Source: an uncultured Thermoleophilia bacterium (GTDB lineage Bacteria; Actinomycetota; Thermoleophilia; UBA2241). Taken from it: a stretch of DNA of 64,000 nucleotides. This document shows, in pieces, positions 58,660-64,000 of the stretch (position 1 is the first letter of the stretch; every line of letters begins with the position of its first letter). The notes beneath the pieces are model-generated. The model was not told where the DNA came from. It did no database searches and worked only from the letters and a program-made list of their open reading frames with translations. The stretch is taken from the NCBI GenBank assembly GCA_963702475.1, contig CAVPCT010000006.1, forward strand, positions 160,001 through 224,000, given 5' to 3'. The translations under genes were made by a program, and so were the position numbers.

Positions 58660-59792
58660 CCAGCGAGACCGACCTGCGCACCTTCGGGGCCGACGTCCAG
58701 CGGCTCATCGAAGGGCACGACCTCTCCCGCCGTCGCACCTACGAGCTGTTCCGTGACGTGCTGCTGGGCGAACAGCCCGAACTTCAGCAGGGGGCGTTGC
58801 TGGCGGCGCTCGTCGCCAAGGGAGAGACGCCGGAGGAGATCGCCGGCGCGTGGCAGGCTATCGTCGAGTTCGACACGGTGCCGGCAGCCGTTGACGCCTC
58901 CGGCGCTCTCGTCGAGAACTCCGGCACCGGCATGGATACGCTCAAGACGTTCAACGTAAGCTCGGCGGCCGGGGTGATCGCCGCCGCGGCCGGAGCGCGG
59001 GTGGCGCGTCACGGTGCCCGCGCCCTCACCAGCCGCTGCGGGGCCGTGGACATCCTCGAGGCCGTCGGCGTCGACGTGGACTGCGACGGTCCCACTGTGG
59101 AGCGCAGCATCCGTGAGGCCGGCATCGGCATCTTCAACGGCATGAGCCCGGCGGTGCACCCGGGCGGTCTCGGCCGCATCCTCAGCCAGATCCGCTTCGG
59201 CTCGACCCTCAACATCGCCGCCTCGCTGGCGAACCCGGTGCGGCCGACACGCGGCGTGCGCGGGGTCTACAGCGACGCCATGGTCGGACCGGTCGGCGAG
59301 GTGATGCTGGAGATCGGCTACGAGCACGCGCTCGTGGTCCACGGCTTCGGAGAGCGGCGTGAAGGCGGCGGCATGGACGAGCTCTCCGTGCTCGGCCCGA
59401 GCCTGGTCGCGGAGCTGCGCGCCGACGGGCGCCGCGACTCCTTCACCGTCGAGCCGGAGGACCTGGGGATCGAACGGGCGCTGCACGCCGACATAGCGCC
59501 GCTTGAAGATCTGCGGGCCGAGGCCCTCAGGTTCCTGCAGGTGATCGCCGGCCGCGGCGCGCAGGCGTGTCAGGACGCCGCCTGCCTGAACGCCGCCGCG
59601 GTGCTGTACGTCGCGGGCCAAGCCCCCGATTTGGCCGACGGCCTGGCTCTGGCGCGTGAGGCCGCCGGCAGCGGCGCCGCCCTCCGCAAGCTTGAGGAGT
59701 GGGTGGCGGCGCAGGCCGGCGGGGCCGAGCGTCGCGCCGCCGGCGAGGCCCGCCTCGCCGCTCTCCTCGAGGAGGCCGGCCTGGGACTGTGA
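58656..59792 (+). CDS. Anthranilate phosphoribosyltransferase (TrpD)-like paralogue with altered acceptor site
   Basis: KGETPEEI, NSGTGMD..TFNVSS, ARHGAR, GAVDILEAVG, SLANP, GMDE, NAAA.LY; GAGGAG RBS. Confidence 0.87.
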   Translation: MTSETDLRTFGADVQRLIEGHDLSRRRTYELFRDVLLGEQPELQQGALLAALVAKGETPEEIAGAWQAIVEFDTVPAAVDASGALVENSGTGMDTLKTFNVSSAAGVIAAAAGARVARHGARALTSRCGAVDILEAVGVDVDCDGPTVERSIREAGIGIFNGMSPAVHPGGLGRILSQIRFGSTLNIAASLANPVRPTRGVRGVYSDAMVGPVGEVMLEIGYEHALVVHGFGERREGGGMDELSVLGPSLVAELRADGRRDSFTVEPEDLGIERALHADIAPLEDLRAEALRFLQVIAGRGAQACQDAACLNAAAVLYVAGQAPDLADGLALAREAAGSGAALRKLEEWVAAQAGGAERRAAGEARLAALLEEAGLGL

Positions 59793-59883
59793 GGCGGCCG
59801 GACGAAGGGCCTGCGCAGTCGCGGTGGAGCAGGACGTCGAGCCTGCCGGGGAAATGGAGGTGAGACATTTTCTCAGATTCGGT

Positions 59884-59912
59884 TTGACGGCCCCTTGACG
59901 CGGGGGTAGCCT
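59884..59912 (+). promoter_or_regulatory. Sigma70-type promoter of the cob operon
   Basis: TTGACG-17-TAGCCT immediately 5' of riboswitch 2. Confidence 0.75.
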
Positions 59913-59918
59913 TCTTCC

Positions 59919-60070
59919 GCTGTCTCTCGACTGCAGGGAAGCCGGTGCAAGGCCGGCGCTGCCCCGCAACTGTGAGCGCTGACGAAAGCCGCAGAGTGCC
60001 ACTGCCCTCGGGCGGGAAGGCGCGGCCGGTAGGACGAAGCGCGAGCCAGGACATCTGGGCCGGGAGACCA
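59919..60070 (+). ncRNA. Cobalamin riboswitch 2
   Basis: AGGGAAgccGGTGcaaggCCggc, GCCCCGCAACTGTga, GCCACTG..GGGAAGG, GAGCCAGGACATCTG. Confidence 0.92.
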
Positions 60071-60100
60071 TCGCGACGAAGGCCTCGAGGGAGGGCTGCG

Positions 60101-60793
60101 GTGCAACTGATACCACCTCACGGACGTCTCATCCTCGTCACCGGCGGCGCGCGCAGCGGCAAGAGCTCGTACGCCGAGCGGCTCGCGGCGCAGCTGGCCG
60201 AGCCGGGCGACGGCACGGTCACGTACATCGCCACCTCCCAGGCCTACGATGAGGAGATGGAGCAGCGCGTGGCCGCTCATCAGGCGGCCCGGCCAGAAGG
60301 CTGGACGACGGTGGAGTGCTCGCTGCACGTGCCGGCCGCCGTACTCGCGGCCGCAGATGCTGCGGCTGGGGACGGCGCCGGATCGCCCGGCTCCGCCGGC
60401 CCCCCCGTCGTCCTCCTCGACTGCGTCACCCTGTGGGTGACGAACCTGCTCTTCAGCGGCGGCGCCTTCGGCGGCAGCGCGCCGCCTGACGACGGTTACA
60501 ACTGGGACAAGGACCTGCTGCCGCCGGCCGAGGAACGGGCGGCGGCCGAGCGCGTGACGGCCGCCGTCGAGGAGCTGCTCGGCGTCGTCGCTCGCGCCGG
60601 CGTCACCCTCGTCGCCGTGACCAACGAGGTGGGGCTCGGCGTCGTGCCCGAGTATCCCCTCGCCCGCTTGTACCGGGACCAGCTCGGCTGGGCCAATCAG
60701 CGCCTCGCGCGCGCCGCGGACAAGGTGTATCTCCTCGTCTCCGGCTTCCCCCTGGACGTGAAGGCCCTGGCCGTGCCGGACCCCATCCGCTGA
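60101..60793 (+). CDS. cobU: Adenosylcobinamide kinase/phosphate guanylyltransferase
   Basis: TGGARSGKS, YIAT, DEEM..R..HQ..RP..W.T.E, LDC.TLW..NLL, VTNEVGLG, RDQLG. Confidence 0.95.
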   Translation: MQLIPPHGRLILVTGGARSGKSSYAERLAAQLAEPGDGTVTYIATSQAYDEEMEQRVAAHQAARPEGWTTVECSLHVPAAVLAAADAAAGDGAGSPGSAGPPVVLLDCVTLWVTNLLFSGGAFGGSAPPDDGYNWDKDLLPPAEERAAAERVTAAVEELLGVVARAGVTLVAVTNEVGLGVVPEYPLARLYRDQLGWANQRLARAADKVYLLVSGFPLDVKALAVPDPIR

Positions 60794-60819
60794 CGATCGG
60801 CTTCATCAAGGAGCTCACC

Positions 60820-61905
60820 ATGACCGACCTTCTCGACGCCACTCTCGCCGCCATCCAGCCGCTCGACGCCGCCGCGATGCGCGCGGCCGAAGAGCGCCAG
60901 CTGCACCTCACCAAGCCGCCCAAGGCGCTCGGCCGCCTGGAGACCATCTCCATCCAGCTCGCGGGGATCCAGGGCAAGGACCAGCCGCGGATCGAGCACA
61001 AGGCCATCGCCGTGATGGCCGCCGACCACGGCGTGACCGCCGAGGGCGTGAGCGCGTTCCCGGCCGAGGTTACGCCTGCCATGGTCTTCAACATGGCCGC
61101 CGGCGGGGCCGGCATCAACGTCATCGGGCGGCACGTGGGCGCCCGCGTCGTCGTCACCGATGTCGGCGTGAACGCCGACCTCAGCGCCGCGCCGGGCGTT
61201 CGCCAGGAGAAGGTCCGCATGGGCACGGCCAACATGGCGCACGGCCCGGCCATGACCCGCGACGAGGCCGTCCGCGCCATCGAGATCGGCGTCCGCGTGG
61301 TCGAGGACGAATTGAAGAACGGCCTGGACGTGATCGCCACAGGCGAGGTGGGCATCGGCAACACGACCGCCGCATCGGCGGTGATCGCCGCCCTGACCGG
61401 CGAGCCGCCGACCACCGTCACCGGCCGCGGCACCGGCATCACCAAGGACGCGCTGCCGCGCAAGGTCGCGACCATCGAGAAGGCGCTCGTCACCAACAAG
61501 CCCGACCCGTCGGACCCCATCGACGTGCTGGCCAAGGTCGGCGGCCTCGACATCGCCGCGATGACCGGCGTGTTTCTGGGCGGCGCGGCGCATCGCGTCC
61601 CCGTGGTGATGGACGGATTCATCAGCGCGGCCGCCGCGCTCGCCGCCGCGCGCCTTTGCCCCGAGTGCGTCAACTACATCCTGCCAAGCCACGTGAGCAT
61701 CGAGATCGGCCACCAGGTCGTCCTGAACGAGCTGGGACTCACGCCGCTGTTCGACCTCGAGATGCGCCTGGGCGAGGGGACCGGGGCGGCGCTGTCGATG
61801 AGCATCATCGAGGCCGCCGCCCGCATCCTCAGCGAGATGGCGACGTTCGAGAGCGCCGGCGTGGCCGGCGACCCCGCCGAAGCCGACGCCGACCTGACCA
61901 GGTGA
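60820..61905 (+). CDS. cobT: Nicotinate-nucleotide:DMB phosphoribosyltransferase
   Basis: LTKPPKALGRLE, AADHGV, GEVGIGNTT, GRGTG, DGFIS, MRLGEGTGA, MATF. Confidence 0.97.
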   Translation: MTDLLDATLAAIQPLDAAAMRAAEERQLHLTKPPKALGRLETISIQLAGIQGKDQPRIEHKAIAVMAADHGVTAEGVSAFPAEVTPAMVFNMAAGGAGINVIGRHVGARVVVTDVGVNADLSAAPGVRQEKVRMGTANMAHGPAMTRDEAVRAIEIGVRVVEDELKNGLDVIATGEVGIGNTTAASAVIAALTGEPPTTVTGRGTGITKDALPRKVATIEKALVTNKPDPSDPIDVLAKVGGLDIAAMTGVFLGGAAHRVPVVMDGFISAAAALAAARLCPECVNYILPSHVSIEIGHQVVLNELGLTPLFDLEMRLGEGTGAALSMSIIEAAARILSEMATFESAGVAGDPAEADADLTR

Positions 61906-61958
61906 CGGGGAGGGACCGGACCCTGTGACGACAGCAGCGACGAGGAGAGGGCGGCGCA

Positions 61959-62957
61959 GTGAGCGATCGCGGTGACTGGTTCGATGACGCCGGCGCCGGT
62001 CTTGGCGAGGTGTCCGCGGATGCCGAGGGACGCGACGGGCGCCGCCGCGAGACGGAGCGGCCGAAGGCCATGCCTGCGGCCGAGGAGCTCGCGGCGCTGG
62101 CCGCCGCGCGCGAGCAGCGCGGCGCGCCCGACGAGGCGGTCGAGGAGGTCCCCGGCCCGGCGGCATCCGGCGGCCCGGTCCGGCAGCTGACGCTCGCCGT
62201 CACCTTCCTCACCGGCATCCCGCTCAAGGTCGAGGGCGTCGTCTCGCCGCGCGACCTGTGGCGCAGCATGGGCTGGTACCCGCTCGTCGGGCTCGTTATC
62301 GGCGCGGTGGCGTGGGCGGTGTATGCCGGGCTGACCTACGTGCTGCCCGGCCTTGTCGCCGCGATCCTCGTCGTCATCCTGTTGGAGCTGCTCACGCGCG
62401 GCTTGCACATGGACGGCGTGATGGACACCGCCGACGGCATCCTCAGCGGAGCCCCCCGCGAGCGCGCGCTGGTGATCATGAAGGACCACAACGTCGGCGC
62501 GATGGGCGTCGTTGCGGCGGTCCTGCTGCTGCTCCTGAAGGTGGCGGCCCTGGGGGCGCTGGCGCGTCCCGAGGCGGCCGCCCCGCTGCTCGCCGGGTGG
62601 GCGGCCGCGCGCGCCCTGCCGGCGCTCGACGTGTACCTGTGGCCGTACGCGCGTCCCGCCGGCACCGGCGAAGCATTCACACGCGAGCGCAGCCTCGGGC
62701 CCGTGGGGCTGGCGCTCGGGTTCCTGGCGGCCGCCGTGGTCGTGGCCGGGGTCGCCGGTCTGACGCTCGACGCGCTCGGTTCGTGGTACGCCGGCCTGGT
62801 GGCCGCCGCCGCGTCGATGGCCGTCGCGCTGGGCGTCCAGGCGCTTGTGGCGCGTAAGCTGGGCGGCCTCACCGGCGACGTGTACGGCATGGGCATCGAG
62901 CTGGCCGAGGCCACCGCGCTCGTCACCGGCTGCGTCGTCGTGGGGGTGCTGCTGTGA
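61959..62957 (+). CDS. cobS: Cobalamin (5'-phosphate) synthase with acidic N-terminal extension
   Basis: FLTGIP, YPLVG, GLHMDGVMDTADG, IMKD..VGAMG, GGLTGDVYG. Confidence 0.95.
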   Translation: MSDRGDWFDDAGAGLGEVSADAEGRDGRRRETERPKAMPAAEELAALAAAREQRGAPDEAVEEVPGPAASGGPVRQLTLAVTFLTGIPLKVEGVVSPRDLWRSMGWYPLVGLVIGAVAWAVYAGLTYVLPGLVAAILVVILLELLTRGLHMDGVMDTADGILSGAPRERALVIMKDHNVGAMGVVAAVLLLLLKVAALGALARPEAAAPLLAGWAAARALPALDVYLWPYARPAGTGEAFTRERSLGPVGLALGFLAAAVVVAGVAGLTLDALGSWYAGLVAAAASMAVALGVQALVARKLGGLTGDVYGMGIELAEATALVTGCVVVGVLL

Positions 62958-63794
62958 AGCTGTACCTGGTCAGACACGGCCAGTCGACGGGCAACGTCGG
63001 AGAGCAGCTGATGGGGCAGAGCGACCATCCGCTCACGCCGCTCGGCGAGACCCAGGCGGCGGCGGCCGCCCAGCGGCTGGCGCCGTTCGGCCCGATGCCC
63101 GTGTACCACAGCGACCTGCCGCGCGCCGTGGCTACGGCGCGGTCCATCGCCGAGGCCTGGCGCGCGGACGCGGCGGCGCGCCGGGGGCAGCGGCCGGGGC
63201 GGCGCGGCCGGCGAAGCCGCACCGGCTCCTTCCACGCCGCTCCTGTTCTCGGATCCCCGCCTGCGCGAGATCAGCCTCGGCGAGTACGAGGGTGCCTCGT
63301 GGGAGCGGTTCGAGGCCGACGCGGAGCTCATGGCGGCGTTCGAACGGGACCCCTACGGCACGGCCGTGCCCGGCGGTGAGTCTCTCGCGCACCTCGTCGA
63401 CCGCGTCATCGCCGCGGTGCGCGACATCCTCTCCGCGCACGGCGTGACCGACGACCACGCGCTGTCCACCGAGGCCGTGGCCACGTCGGACGCGAGCGCG
63501 CTCGCCACCGGCTTCCACCTGCCGCCGCAGGGTGAGGCCGCCTGCATCGTCGCCCACGACGGGCCCATCCGCGCCATACTGAACCACTACCTCGGGGTGC
63601 CGCCGGAGAAGTGGTGGACCTTGTCCACCACCCACGGCGGCGTCTCTCTGCTCGAGTTCAGTGGCGGCTGGGTCAACGTACGCTACGTGAACGCCGCAGA
63701 ACACCTCGCCGGCCTGGAGCCGGACGTCTACGTGCCCACTATGGACGACCCCGGCGTCGACGCCGGCGGCGACACTGCTCCACGGCCCGGCTGA
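62954..63794 (+). CDS. cobC: Histidine phosphatase, alpha-ribazole phosphatase-like (+1 frameshift near 63178)
   Basis: LVRHGQ, SDLPRA; next frame DPRLREISLGEYEG, PGGES, VAHDG.IR; cob operon context. Confidence 0.8.
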
Positions 63795-63805
63795 CGCCTC
63801 GTCAC

Positions 63806-64000
63806 ATGACCGCGAGACCCCTGCACGACGACTGGCGCTTCGCCCTCTGCACCGTCCTTCTGGCCGGCGTCATGGACGTCGCCCTCGGTGAGCCGCCGGC
63901 CCGCGTGCACCCCGTGGTGTGGATGGGCCGGCTGATCGGCGCGCTGGAGCGGCGCCGCCCACAGGACCGACCGGTCGCGGAGCTCGCCTACGGCGTGCTC
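63806..64000 (+). CDS. cbiB: Adenosylcobinamide-phosphate synthase CbiB (3' truncated by window)
   Basis: Own translation MTARPLHDDW..MDVALGEPPARVHPVVWMGRLI matches the CbiB N-terminal G(D/E)P..HPV motif. Confidence 0.85.
   Translation, partial: MTARPLHDDWRFALCTVLLAGVMDVALGEPPARVHPVVWMGRLIGALERRRPQDRPVAELAYGVL

Noticed and set aside
58656-59792. Ordinary tryptophan-pathway trpD
   Set aside because: No trp genes adjacent, B12 riboswitch control, and altered acceptor-binding motifs.
1-64000. CRISPR arrays, rRNA/tRNA, IS/integrase/prophage
   Set aside because: No regularly spaced repeats, RNA-gene signatures or transposase/integrase/phage motifs were seen by eye.

Overview
Very GC-rich (about 70% by eye) bacterial window, most consistent with an anaerobic or facultative actinobacterium (inference from GC content, leaderless genes and the hemE-hemH-hemY heme route). 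1-10.2 kb: hdrA-mvhDGA (group 3c [NiFe] hydrogenase), maturation protease and hypFCDEA. 11.5-21.1 kb, convergent: a second, elaborate Hdr cluster (hdrB, HdrL-type hdrA with NAD(P)H module, mvhD, ferredoxin, hdrA-mvhD fusion, hdrC-hdrB fusion, hdrC). 21.7-56.9 kb: hemE-hemH-hemY, housekeeping and accessory genes, a secreted HAO-family octaheme cytochrome with a PKD domain, a CooS-V-like CODH paralogue preceded by a ferredoxin and a Crp/Fnr box, korAB and an HcpR/Dnr-like regulator. 57-64 kb: two cobalamin riboswitches. The first heads an unexplained Zn-dehydrogenase + divergent TrpD-like phosphoribosyltransferase pair; the second heads cobU-cobT-cobS-cobC-cbiB. Best novelty candidates are (1) the B12-regulated dehydrogenase/TrpD-like module, a possible unknown cobamide lower-ligand or linker pathway, and (2) a putative Crp/Fnr-controlled regulon in which a Ni-less CooS appears to take the place of Hcp. 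Seven +1 frameshifts in six genes look like assembly errors. No rRNA, tRNA, CRISPR or mobile element was seen. All calls come from motif recognition by eye; no database searches were run.
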